Source: Candidatus Woesearchaeota archaeon
GTDB taxonomy: Archaea; Nanobdellota; Nanobdellia; Woesearchaeales; UBA583
NCBI GenBank assembly: GCA_023898345.1
Contig: CP060218.1
Span: 1,087,926-1,151,925, forward strand
Length of the DNA stretch: 64,000 nt
Reading direction: 5' to 3'
Every line of letters starts with the position of its first letter. Within the stretch, counting starts at the first letter, position 1. Below are positions 27,485-36,488 of this stretch, one piece after another. The translations under genes and the position numbers were made by a program. The notes beneath the pieces were generated by a model that saw only the letters and a list, made by a program, of their open reading frames with translations, did not search any database and was not told the origin of the DNA.

Positions 27485-27811
27485 TCATTTTTGATATTTT
27501 TCCTCCCAACAAACTGGACTATTATTTGCTACACATTTATTGTTAGAACAAGATTTATCACAAACCTCAAGTTGACATTGTGAATCACCTTGCGTATTGA
27601 AACGATTGATAACAGTGCAGCGTTCTATAACACAATCTTCTTTGCTTTCGCAATAATAGGGGTCCAGTAAATATCTTACATCTACACCTTTATACTCTGC
27701 TTCGATATGATGTCTGAAACTAAATATGCCAACTAGCAGTAATAAAAATAAACTTACTAGACAAAATATTACTTTTTTCTCCTTCAATTTTTTTGAATTT
27801 ATCTTAACCAT
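27485..27811 (-). CDS. Small Cys-rich membrane-anchored/secreted protein (Cys2)
   Basis: Start at internal ATG (MVKINSKKLKEKKVIFCLVSLFLLLLVGIF...). Contains the DVRYLLDPYYCESKEDC motif and 11 Cys. A TATA-like tcatataaag lies ~30 nt upstream, conserved across the family. Confidence 0.6.
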   Translation of the reverse strand: MVKINSKKLKEKKVIFCLVSLFLLLLVGIFSFRHHIEAEYKGVDVRYLLDPYYCESKEDCVIERCTVINRFNTQGDSQCQLEVCDKSCSNNKCVANNSPVCWEEKYQK

Positions 27812-27924
27812 TTTTTTGAATATTTTTTTTGAAATTTCTTTCTTTATATGATTTGTCTTGAAAATTTGCAAAACATTTTTTTTTTCAAAGCGTAGTTTTT
27901 TCTGTATGAAATATCTCTACAAAT

Positions 27925-28125
27925 TGCTCCCATTCACGTACACTTGCTCGACGTTGTTGAGGTGATCGCTTTCGTTACGCCAAGCTTCTCGTGCGGGTGT
28001 GTTCGGGTCGAGTGTCCAGGGATAAAATGTTTGTCCTGTGGGCGAGAGAAGTTTGAGGTCAAGGTCGTTGATGAGGTTGGCTCCGGGAACGTCATCCCAA
28101 GCTAGTGTTACTTTGAGCGAGCTTT
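27925..28125 (-). pseudogene. Second ~200-bp internal fragment of the subtilase gene (copy of ~23774..23985)
   Basis: Same boundaries at the 5' side as fragment 27075..27262 (both begin ...ctcccattcacgtacacttgctcgacg). Lies upstream of Cys2. Confidence 0.8.
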
Positions 28126-28479
28126 GTTTTTTCTTTGATTTTGAGGAAGCATTTTATGGGAAAAGAGAATCTGATATTGGGTATTTGCACTATAGATTAG
28201 AATTCTCAGAGGAGGACTTGAAATATGTCGTCTTATTTACAGACTATGACTTATGGAAAATCTTGAATTATGCTGTCCTTGTCGGAATTCGAAAAGTTGC
28301 AAATTCACCTGAAGATGAATTGAGGAAAAGAATTGAGAAATTGGGAAGAATGTATGAAAATTTAGAAAAGTTGACAAAGCTAAGAAAAAATACTCAGACC
28401 TGAACTTCTTCTTTTTCTTTGTGCTCTTCAAGTTTCAAACAACAATTCATTTAAAGCAAAAAAAACTTCTTTCTTTGTC

Positions 28480-28551
28480 GCACCTGTAGCTCAGTGGTAG
28501 AGCGCTTGCCTCGTAAGCAAGAGGTCGGGGGTTCAAATCCCCCCAGGCGCT
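28480..28551 (+). tRNA. tRNA-Thr (anticodon CGU)
   Basis: Manual cloverleaf: acceptor GCACCTG/CAGGCGC (one A:C mismatch at 3:70), D-arm GCTCAGTGGTAGAGC, anticodon stem CTTGC/GCAAG with loop CT-CGT-AA, T-arm GGGGGTTCAAATCCCCC, discriminator T, no encoded CCA. Followed by a T-rich tract. Confidence 0.85.
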
Positions 28552-28558
28552 TGTGTTT

Positions 28559-30874
28559 TTACAGTGTTCCTGAATCTCGCTTTTGTATTTTTTCTTCTTC
28601 GATTCTTGCAAGTTCTTTCTTAATGTATCGTTTGTACCAGTCTTCAAACTCGCTAAAGATTTGTCGTGGGTCGAGATGTCCTAGTTCGTCATTTACTTTC
28701 TCTGCTATTTTGTGAAACATATCGTTTGCATCAAGAACACATTGTGCTTCGAGAAGTGAGGGAAGAAGGAATTTGGCGGCGCAGTCTACTTGTAATTGCT
28801 TTATTCTTGAACGAAGTCGAATGTTCTCCCAAATGGCATCCCAGTTTCCCGCAAATTGTTTGACGTTTGCTCCTATTGCTTTGAGGATGTCGGATTCTCC
28901 ATTAATGAGTTCGTCAGAAATTTCTAGTTTGTCGGTCTTTGAATTATACTTGAAAAGATCGGAGAACCCTCCTTCTAATAATGGGTCGTTATCCCACTTT
29001 TTTCTTACTTCTGTTATTTGGGTAATTCTTCTTACTCTGTGAAGTCCATCGGCACTTTTTACGGGGTTTGCAACTACGATGATGTCTGTTGCTTTGAAGG
29101 AGGTGTTTGGAACTTTAAGATCATTCACGAGTCTGTCGTACACACCAAAGGGACTGTCTCCGTGGATGGTTCCTGCTACGACGTTTGCTAAAGCTCCGAC
29201 ACGCATGGCTTCGTACAGTGCCAGTGCTTCTGTCGAACGAACTTCTCCTACGATAAGACAGGAATCTCCTAAACGAAGTGTACTACGAATTCCCATGTCA
29301 GCGCTCATTCCTTCTTTGGACACGGAAAGTGCGCTTCGTACGCTTAGTGCTTGAAGATTGTAACCTAATTTTGAAAATTCAATTGAGGGTAATTCTAAGG
29401 TGTCTTCAACGGTTATGATTCTGTACTTTCTCATTATCTCCAATATGATTGCTGTTAAAAATGAGGATTTTCCTGAACCTCTTGTTCCTGCTATTAAAAT
29501 GGTTCTTGCTCCATCTACAATAAAACTCAAGAGTCCTGCTGCCTCTGCACTGATCATTCCATTTTTTATGAAAAGCGGCAAAGTCCAGGGTTTGTTTCTG
29601 TGGCGTCTGAAGGAATAACCGATTCCGTAGGGATTGAGTGGTTTTCCAACAGCTGAAACACGCGCTCTGGCAGTTGGCGTCTGAATTTCTGTATCGAGAA
29701 GAGGATTTGACGCGTCAAGTGGTTTTCCGGACATCATTCTCAAACGTGATGCCCAGCCGTCTACTTCATCTTGCTCTGGAATAATATTTGTTCGACAATC
29801 TTCGTAGTCAGAATGTGTCAGAAAAATGGGAGTTTTGTTTGCTGGCGAATTGACGCTAATGTCCTGCACTTTCTCATCATCTAGCAAAACTTCAATTGGC
29901 CCAAAACCGACAGTGTAACGAATGAGTATGTCGGCTAGTTCTTCGAGCTCTCTTTGGCGTAGTCGTACTCCTTTGAAATCTGCGATTTCTTCAATGAGAT
30001 CTCTTGAGATATTGTGAAAAATTTCTCGCAGTCTTTCTGGATCAATAAAATCATTTGATTCTGGTTGGTGTTCTGCAATGACTTCTTTTGCTAAGTTTAA
30101 AATTCCGTACTTTTCGTCACTTAGCATAAACTCTGTTGGCGTCAAATGATAGAGGTTGTTCGCTTCTTTGTCGAGCTCGAAGATGGTTACTTTGCCGTGG
30201 GGGAGTGTGTAGGAGTCTAATTCTTTTGCTTCGATGGGGTAACGTTTGAGCAGGGAGGTGTAAATAAAATTTGGCTTGATGTTGGCTGAAAAAAAATCTT
30301 TGTAAATATAGCGCGATCCAATTTTGTGTCCGGACAAATGTGCTTTTGTTTTTCGTACGATTGTTAGGGTTTCAACTCTCATGAGCAAATAGCCAAGTGC
30401 AGCTTCGTACTTGTTGTCTACTTCTGCACAACGTTGTTCTGAATTTTCTTTCTCGAACTTGTAGTCTCGCAAACGGCGTTTCAAAGAAACATAGGTTCCG
30501 ATGGGATCAGAGGGGAAATCTTTGAGGATGAGATTTTGTAGTTCGGCGTACCTGTTGAAAAAAAGTTTAATACAAAAATCGTCTTTGGAACTTATTTCAC
30601 TTGGAGAGAATAAATCTTTTTGTTTTGTAAGATGAAGAAAGAGACGAGAAACTTCTTTGAGGAGTTCAACTTGCTCATTGTTGTACTCGTAGTTCTTGTT
30701 GTGGATGAGAATTATCTTTGTCGTGGATGGCATGGCGATTAACTTTGTAATGATGTCTCGCATAACAAAGCCGTTGTCCTCAATCGAAGGAAAATTTTCT
30801 TTTCCTAGGTAATTTATCTTTAAAATGGACTCTACACCGTGTTTTACGAGCTCAAAGTCCTTTCTTTCAAACAT
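28559..30874 (-). CDS. Type IV pilus/archaellum-family secretion ATPase (FlaI/PilB/VirB11-like) with long N- and C-terminal extensions; orphan (no adjacent platform gene)
   Basis: Walker A IAGTRGSGKSSFLT. Paralogous to 57875..59599 (shared ...RLGDSC.I.GE.R..EA..LYEAMRVGA..NVV.GTIH.D...GVYDR.VNDL). 771 aa versus about 550 typical. Confidence 0.85.
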   Translation of the reverse strand: MFERKDFELVKHGVESILKINYLGKENFPSIEDNGFVMRDIITKLIAMPSTTKIILIHNKNYEYNNEQVELLKEVSRLFLHLTKQKDLFSPSEISSKDDFCIKLFFNRYAELQNLILKDFPSDPIGTYVSLKRRLRDYKFEKENSEQRCAEVDNKYEAALGYLLMRVETLTIVRKTKAHLSGHKIGSRYIYKDFFSANIKPNFIYTSLLKRYPIEAKELDSYTLPHGKVTIFELDKEANNLYHLTPTEFMLSDEKYGILNLAKEVIAEHQPESNDFIDPERLREIFHNISRDLIEEIADFKGVRLRQRELEELADILIRYTVGFGPIEVLLDDEKVQDISVNSPANKTPIFLTHSDYEDCRTNIIPEQDEVDGWASRLRMMSGKPLDASNPLLDTEIQTPTARARVSAVGKPLNPYGIGYSFRRHRNKPWTLPLFIKNGMISAEAAGLLSFIVDGARTILIAGTRGSGKSSFLTAIILEIMRKYRIITVEDTLELPSIEFSKLGYNLQALSVRSALSVSKEGMSADMGIRSTLRLGDSCLIVGEVRSTEALALYEAMRVGALANVVAGTIHGDSPFGVYDRLVNDLKVPNTSFKATDIIVVANPVKSADGLHRVRRITQITEVRKKWDNDPLLEGGFSDLFKYNSKTDKLEISDELINGESDILKAIGANVKQFAGNWDAIWENIRLRSRIKQLQVDCAAKFLLPSLLEAQCVLDANDMFHKIAEKVNDELGHLDPRQIFSEFEDWYKRYIKKELARIEEEKIQKRDSGTL

Positions 30875-31333
30875 ACTCTGATTAGGGAGAAATTTTATTT
30901 AAATAAAAGTGACTACTTTTGGAAAATAACAAATAGTTTCCAGTAATTTCCTCCAATCTCATGCCATTTCTTGGAGTCTACCAAAATATTTATAAATGAT
31001 TTCCACATTATTTAGTTTGCTCATGACTCAAATGAGCGGGCAACTTACTCCTTTTCAAGATGTAAAAGTCTTGGAAAGGATTTCTCTACTTCTGATTTCT
31101 TATTTCTGGAATTCTAATCTCAATACAGTTTTACAATCGTTTCTGAAAAAGTACTGCAAATTAAAGAAGAAATATTCTGAAAAAAATCTGTCCCTTGCAA
31201 AAACAACAGGAAAGAATTTTAAACGAAAATCCGCAAACTTTGTGTATCTAAGACAAGCCAAAGAGGTTTTTACGGTTTTGTTGAAGAACTTGGGTGTCTT
31301 AGACTTCTACCCAACCGAAAAACCGTTTCAAAT

Positions 31334-32290
31334 ATGGCTGAAAAAAAAGAATTAACTGTTTCCGACCTTCCTGGTGTTGGTCCTAGTACTGCAGAAAAAC
31401 TTGCTGCTGCAGGAATTGATACTTTGCTTGCTGTTGCTGTTTCTTCCATTGGCGTTCTTACGGAGGAAGCTGGCGTTTCTGACTCTGTTGCTCGTAAGAT
31501 GATTCAAGCTGCTAGAGATATGCTTGATATGGGCTTTGAGACGGGAGACGTCATACTGGAGAAGCGACAAAAGGTCAACAAGATTAAGACTGGTTCGCAA
31601 AGTTTTGATGAGATTATGGGAGGTGGTTTTGAAACTGGTGCGATTAGTGAATTATTTGGTGAATTCGGTTCTGGAAAAACTCAGGTTGCTCACCAACTCG
31701 CTGTGAATGTACAAAAACCTGAAGAGGAAGGTGGTCTAAATGGGAAGGTCATTTACATTGACACGGAAAATACTTTTCGTCCTGAACGTATTATTCAGAT
31801 GGCAACTGGCGCTGGTCTTGACCCTAATGTCTGTCTTAAAAATATAAAAATTGCAAGAGCCTACAATTCTGATCATCAAATGTTACTTGCTGAAAAAGCT
31901 GAGGATTTGCTTAAGGAAGGAACGTACAAGCTTTTGATTGTGGATTCCTTGACGGCGCATTTCAGAGCTGAATTTATTGGAAGAGGAACTTTGTCGGAAC
32001 GTCAGCAAAAACTCAACAAACACATGCACACACTTTTGAAGGTAGCTGATATGTACAACTGCTGTGTTATTGTGACGAACCAAGTTATGGCAAAACCTAA
32101 TGTTATGTTTGGTGATCCTACTCAGGCAATCGGTGGTCACATTGTCGGGCACAGCTCAACATTTAGAATCTATCTTCGAAAGGGGAAAAAAGGTTCAAGA
32201 GTTGGAAAGCTTGTCGACTCGCCAAACTTGCCTGAGAATGAATGTATGTTCTTTGTGAATGAGTCTGGTCTCAACGACAAGGAATTGTAA
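31334..32290 (+). CDS. radA: DNA repair and recombination protein RadA
   Basis: N-terminal HhH region [20 protein letters not shown], Walker [10 protein letters not shown], and typical RadA length of 318 aa. Confidence 0.92.
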   Translation: MAEKKELTVSDLPGVGPSTAEKLAAAGIDTLLAVAVSSIGVLTEEAGVSDSVARKMIQAARDMLDMGFETGDVILEKRQKVNKIKTGSQSFDEIMGGGFETGAISELFGEFGSGKTQVAHQLAVNVQKPEEEGGLNGKVIYIDTENTFRPERIIQMATGAGLDPNVCLKNIKIARAYNSDHQMLLAEKAEDLLKEGTYKLLIVDSLTAHFRAEFIGRGTLSERQQKLNKHMHTLLKVADMYNCCVIVTNQVMAKPNVMFGDPTQAIGGHIVGHSSTFRIYLRKGKKGSRVGKLVDSPNLPENECMFFVNESGLNDKEL

Positions 32291-32394
32291 ATATTCATTT
32301 CTCTTATCCAAACAAGTTCAAAAAATCTTCTTTTATTCAACTCCAAAAAATCTTTATAAATATAAAGCTGTGTCCATTAACTGCACAGTGTAAA

Positions 32395-33549
32395 ATGTAT
32401 AAACAATTACTCAAAAAAATTGCGCACTTTCAGATTCAGCATCCGGTGTTTACTATTTTACTGATTATTAGTTTGACCATTGCTATCTGGGGCGGAGTGA
32501 ACAAAGTTCAAACTGTGGCTTCTTTAGAGCAGATGATGCCTAAGACAACTCCTGAAATCAAAGCTTTTAATGTTCTGCGAGACAATAATCTTGGTGAAGA
32601 CATGATTGCTATTGTTTTCGAACTCAACAGAAATTCTACTCTGACAACAGGGACAAATGATATTCTTGACATTCGAGATTATCTTGGAGTAGTACAACAT
32701 GAACTGCTTCAGGAACATGATATTCTCGATGTGTATAGTATTGCTTCTCTTCCTGAAAACTCAGATATGTCGGCGTATGTCAATGATGACCATTCTAAAA
32801 CTATTATGTTAGTGAGAACGGACATTGCTGCAAACGACTACAGAATGAATCAACTTTCTTCTGAGGTTCAGGACATTGTGGATTCTGTTGGAAAACCTAG
32901 CAATATTGATATTCATTATACGGGAACTCCGATTATTCAACAGAAACTTGGTGTTCTTATTAATCAAGATAGAAATAGTACACAGTGGATTTCAACTCTT
33001 TTTGTTTTCGTTATTATTATGCTTGTCTTTCGTTCTTTTCTTTCTGCTATCGTTCCTATTCTTGTCGTTTTTGTCAGTGTTAACTGGCTCTACGGAACTA
33101 TGGGCTACACACACTTGCCGATTTCCACTTTGGCGGGTGGTGTTGCTGCAATGGTTATTGGAATTGGAATTGACTTTGCTATTCATATCATGAACAAATT
33201 CAAACATGAAAGAAAAAACGGGCACAGTATTGAGACGAGCATAGAACTTGCGGTCATTGAAACGGGAACTGCACTTAGTGCTACGTCTCTTACGACTATG
33301 GTTGCTTTCTTGGCATTTCTTTTTGGAGATATGCCGGAGATGGGAAGATTTGGAATGCTTATGGCAATCGGAATTGTCTACTCCTTTATTTTCTCCATTT
33401 TTGGACTTCCTGCTCTTTTAATCATGGAAGAAAAAATCATTTATCATATTAAGAAAAAAATGAAGTTTGGAATTGAGCATGAATTTCATCTTGAAGAGGA
33501 AAAGAAAAGCAAAACAAAAAAGCTAAATGGAGGTGCTGAGCATGTTTGA
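32395..33549 (+). CDS. RND-superfamily exporter (MMPL/COG1033-like), N-terminal half
   Basis: N-terminal TM, ~170-aa extracytoplasmic domain, then 5 clustered TM helices (sterol-sensing-domain-like). The next gene has the same architecture. Confidence 0.6.
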   Translation: MYKQLLKKIAHFQIQHPVFTILLIISLTIAIWGGVNKVQTVASLEQMMPKTTPEIKAFNVLRDNNLGEDMIAIVFELNRNSTLTTGTNDILDIRDYLGVVQHELLQEHDILDVYSIASLPENSDMSAYVNDDHSKTIMLVRTDIAANDYRMNQLSSEVQDIVDSVGKPSNIDIHYTGTPIIQQKLGVLINQDRNSTQWISTLFVFVIIMLVFRSFLSAIVPILVVFVSVNWLYGTMGYTHLPISTLAGGVAAMVIGIGIDFAIHIMNKFKHERKNGHSIETSIELAVIETGTALSATSLTTMVAFLAFLFGDMPEMGRFGMLMAIGIVYSFIFSIFGLPALLIMEEKIIYHIKKKMKFGIEHEFHLEEEKKSKTKKLNGGAEHV

Positions 33550-34645
33550 AAAGTTTGCTTCAGGCCTTGTTCAGTTGCAAGTTAAGTTTCCTAAATTTTT
33601 CTTGTTTGCCTTTCTTCTTATTAATCTGGCATTTATTCCTGGAATTTTTAACTTGGTAAGTAATGTTGAGCCTTCTCTTGAGAGGGTTCTTCCTCAGAAT
33701 ATTCCCGAAATTCAAACGATGAATGATATGAGAGGAGAATTTGGCGCTGACATGATTTATCTTGTTTTGGAGGGAAATGGAAGGACTGTCGACATGCGTG
33801 ATCCTGAGGTTCTTCGTTACATTAATCTTCTTAGTGAAAAAATAGAAACGGAAGAAAATGTTCTGGAAGTTCAAAGTGTTACGACATTTGTCGGCGTTCC
33901 GAAAACTCTTTATGAGAGTCAGGATCTTATTGCTCAAACGCCACAGGTAAATACGTTCATTAATGATGATTACTCTCTTGCGGTTATTGCAATTCGTACA
34001 AACACGGGTTCGTCGGCTGAGATTATTAACAAGGTTGTTGAACAAATTCAGGACGATATTGAATCTCTTGAAGTGTACAATCCACATCTTTCTCTTAGCA
34101 TTACTGGTTTTAGTGCAATTGACAGAGCAACCTTTAACATCATTATTAATGATTTTCTTAAGATTACGATTGTCTCTATGATTGGAATTTCCATCATTGT
34201 TTTTTTCACGTTCAAGTCCTTCGTCAAAGGGATGCTTCCTATGGCGGTTGTCATGAATGCTCTTATCTGGACGATGGGAATTGTTGGCTATCTTGGCTTT
34301 ACGATAACGGTTGTTAGTATGGTGAGCGCTGCTATGATTATGGGTCTTGGAATTGACTTTGGTATTCATCAGGTTCATAGTTATTTTGAAGCTAGAAAAA
34401 AACATCAGCCTAAGAAAGCTTTGGAAAGTGTCATGGAAGAATTACTTCGTGCTATGTTTGGTGCGAGTATGACGACAATTGCGGGATTTTTGGCGCTGCT
34501 CTTTGGCGTGCTTCCGGCAATGAAAACTTTGGGTGTTATTTTAGCAATAGGAATTTTTTCAACTCTTATTGGCGCAATATTATTATTGCCTGTTTTAATT
34601 TACCTTTATGACAAAGGACAAACTCTCGATTCACATTCAGCATAA
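33542..34645 (+). CDS. RND-superfamily exporter (MMPL/COG1033-like), C-terminal half
   Basis: Same TM / extracytoplasmic domain / 5-TM architecture. Its start (MFEKF at 33542, or 33527) overlaps the stop of the first half. Confidence 0.6.
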   Translation: MFEKFASGLVQLQVKFPKFFLFAFLLINLAFIPGIFNLVSNVEPSLERVLPQNIPEIQTMNDMRGEFGADMIYLVLEGNGRTVDMRDPEVLRYINLLSEKIETEENVLEVQSVTTFVGVPKTLYESQDLIAQTPQVNTFINDDYSLAVIAIRTNTGSSAEIINKVVEQIQDDIESLEVYNPHLSLSITGFSAIDRATFNIIINDFLKITIVSMIGISIIVFFTFKSFVKGMLPMAVVMNALIWTMGIVGYLGFTITVVSMVSAAMIMGLGIDFGIHQVHSYFEARKKHQPKKALESVMEELLRAMFGASMTTIAGFLALLFGVLPAMKTLGVILAIGIFSTLIGAILLLPVLIYLYDKGQTLDSHSA

Positions 34646-34647
34646 AA

Positions 34648-35928
34648 ATGGAAAAAAATACGCAAAGAAAAAAACTGGACTTTGGAACTTTTTTCAAAAG
34701 TTTTCTTGGTCTTTTTGTACTGCTCAGTTTTGCACAAGTTAGCTTTGCAGATCTGCAATTGAACTACATTCACTTTGACCCTGCAATTATTTCTGCAGGA
34801 GATGAGGTTGACATTGTTATTCAGTATGAAGCTCAAAATGCTCCTTTTGATTCTAGTAAAATTGGAGACGACGAGTATAGTTTCAATGTTAAGCTTGAAG
34901 CTGACGACGACCTTACGGAGAAATATATTTTAATTACGGACAGTAGGGGCGACGATGTTAAGGGAACTTTGTACTCTGGCGAAAAATACTATAAAACTTT
35001 TAAGGTTAAGGTTCTCAATAATGCTCCTGCTGCAAACTACGAATTTAAACTTGTTGGACAGTGGTACAAAAATGGAAATGCTCTTGATTACACTGAGGAG
35101 CTGACTTTTGAAATGCCTGTCAAAAAGGAAGGAATTATTTTGGATATTTCCAGCATAACGACAAATCCTAATCAGGTTCGTCCGGGCGACAAGTTTGTCG
35201 AACTGTACACTTCTTTGGAAAATGTCGGCGAAAAAACTGCGAAAAATATTAAGGTGAAACTTAGTGCTCAAGAAGGAATTGATCCTAGCTATTCTGATAA
35301 TAATGAATTGTCTGTTGGAAAATTAGCGTCTCAAGAATCAAAGGATATTGACTTTACAATTAATCTGGATGACGAACTTAAAGCTGGCGAATACACTTTG
35401 ACGTACACGCTTGAGTATATGGACTTGGATGATAATTCGTACACGCTTGAGAAAAATATTTCTTTGCTTGTGAAAGAAAAACCTAATCTTGTTATTGAAA
35501 AGGTCGAAGGTGAAGGACTTGCTGGTTCTAGCTCAACCCTAAAGGTTTGGGTGAAGAATGTCGGTGAAGAGAGTGCTGAAAGTGTTGATGTGAGAGTCTT
35601 AAAACAAAGTTCTCAACCTTTTGAATTTGACTTTAGAAGTTCTTTCATTGGTGAACTTGAACCTGGTGAGACTGGTCTTGCTGTGTTTGACATTGATGTT
35701 CTGGACAGTGCTGACATTAAGGCTCATGATTTAAAATTGGTCTTGAGGGCAAAGGGAGACACTGACGAGGGTGACGACAATATTTACACGTTCAATCGGC
35801 GTGCGTACTTTACGGTAACGGGTGTGAAACAGAACTCGTATGTGTATGTTGGTCTTGGACTCTTTGCTCTTTTGGTCATTGGATTTTTAGTTAAGGGGAG
35901 GAAAAAGAAACATGAAGGAAAAAAATAG
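34648..35928 (+). CDS. Secreted CARDB/S-layer-domain-like protein with C-terminal TM anchor
   Basis: Signal peptide, repeated beta-rich ~100-aa modules, and a C-terminal VYVGLGLFALLVIGFLVKGRKKK anchor. It starts 3 nt after the RND genes. Confidence 0.55.
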   Translation: MEKNTQRKKLDFGTFFKSFLGLFVLLSFAQVSFADLQLNYIHFDPAIISAGDEVDIVIQYEAQNAPFDSSKIGDDEYSFNVKLEADDDLTEKYILITDSRGDDVKGTLYSGEKYYKTFKVKVLNNAPAANYEFKLVGQWYKNGNALDYTEELTFEMPVKKEGIILDISSITTNPNQVRPGDKFVELYTSLENVGEKTAKNIKVKLSAQEGIDPSYSDNNELSVGKLASQESKDIDFTINLDDELKAGEYTLTYTLEYMDLDDNSYTLEKNISLLVKEKPNLVIEKVEGEGLAGSSSTLKVWVKNVGEESAESVDVRVLKQSSQPFEFDFRSSFIGELEPGETGLAVFDIDVLDSADIKAHDLKLVLRAKGDTDEGDDNIYTFNRRAYFTVTGVKQNSYVYVGLGLFALLVIGFLVKGRKKKHEGKK

Positions 35929-36103
35929 TGTGAGGGGTGTGCGTATTGTAGCTGGCTTTTTTGTTTTTACAAGCGCGCTTCTTGGATTTTTCTTTTCCAA
36001 GTATTGGCTTCTTTTTACGATGTTTGTCGGGCTTAATCTTTTTCAATTCGGCTTTACAAATTGGTGTCCTCTTGAAAAAATATTGAAGCAATTTGATAAG
36101 TAA
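35912..36103 (+). CDS. DUF2892 (YgaP-like) small membrane protein
   Basis: 63 aa; VRGVRIVAGFFVFTSALLGFFFSKYWLLFTMFVGLNLFQFGFTNWCPLEKIL with the conserved G-x-CP C-terminal motif. Confidence 0.55.
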   Translation: MKEKNSVRGVRIVAGFFVFTSALLGFFFSKYWLLFTMFVGLNLFQFGFTNWCPLEKILKQFDK

Positions 36104-36117
36104 AAAATTTCTTTTCT

Positions 36118-36441
36118 TTATTCTTCTGTGCTAAGACCTAGCATATCTTGCAACTCCCCACTTTCTGCAAGTTCAAGAGTTATATCACACCCGCCAATGA
36201 ACTCACCATCAATAAAAAGAAGCGGAATTGTTGGCCACTGAGTAAATTCTTTTATGGCTTCACGCATTTGCGGATCTTCAAGAAGATTGTACGCCGTATA
36301 TTCTACTTGTAAGCTGTCTAGCACGTCAACGACTCGGGCAGAGTAGCCACAAAAGGGTTGTTCTGGCGTCCCTTTCATAAACAAAACAATTCTATTGTTT
36401 GCAAGGAGATCTTCAATTTGAGTCTGGATATCTTCGTCCAT
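36118..36441 (-). CDS. grxD: Monothiol glutaredoxin (Grx4/GrxD, CGFS-type; active site CGYS here)
   Basis: RIVLFMKGTPEQPFCGYSARVVDVL...WPTIPLLFIDGEFIGGCDI, a classic monothiol Grx fold signature. Confidence 0.85.
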   Translation of the reverse strand: MDEDIQTQIEDLLANNRIVLFMKGTPEQPFCGYSARVVDVLDSLQVEYTAYNLLEDPQMREAIKEFTQWPTIPLLFIDGEFIGGCDITLELAESGELQDMLGLSTEE

Positions 36442-36488
36442 AGGATGTTCCTTAAACTTTTAGTTAAAAATATTTGTTTTCTCCACAC

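Noticed and set aside
25420-27871. N-terminal extensions MCACKMKAIIF..FKTNHIKK, MGANCRD...FKTNHIKK and MQIFKTNHIKK of three minus-strand ORFs as a shared protein domain
   Set aside because: The shared peptide is a translation of the conserved promoter/leader DNA (contains the TATA-like tcatataaag). The real starts are the internal ATGs (MVKIN..., MKKYF...).
28156-28403. Possible ~82-aa gene (MGKRESDIGYLHYRLEFSEEDLKYVVLF...) just upstream of the tRNA
   Set aside because: The only long frame begins inside the reversed subtilase fragment and has no ATG with a plausible promoter. Cannot be supported without conservation data.
28447-28647. 66-aa ORF overlapping the tRNA-Thr gene
   Set aside because: It is antisense to, and made of, the tRNA sequence; spurious.
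30996-31355. 119-aa ORF overlapping the radA start
   Set aside because: AT-rich, K/N/L-rich composition, no signal or motif, and it overlaps the radA promoter and start; likely non-coding.
33560-34405. 281-aa ORF on the minus strand
   Set aside because: Entirely antisense to the RND exporter gene. Its K/N/H/R-rich low-complexity translation is typical of antisense frames of AT-rich coding sequence.
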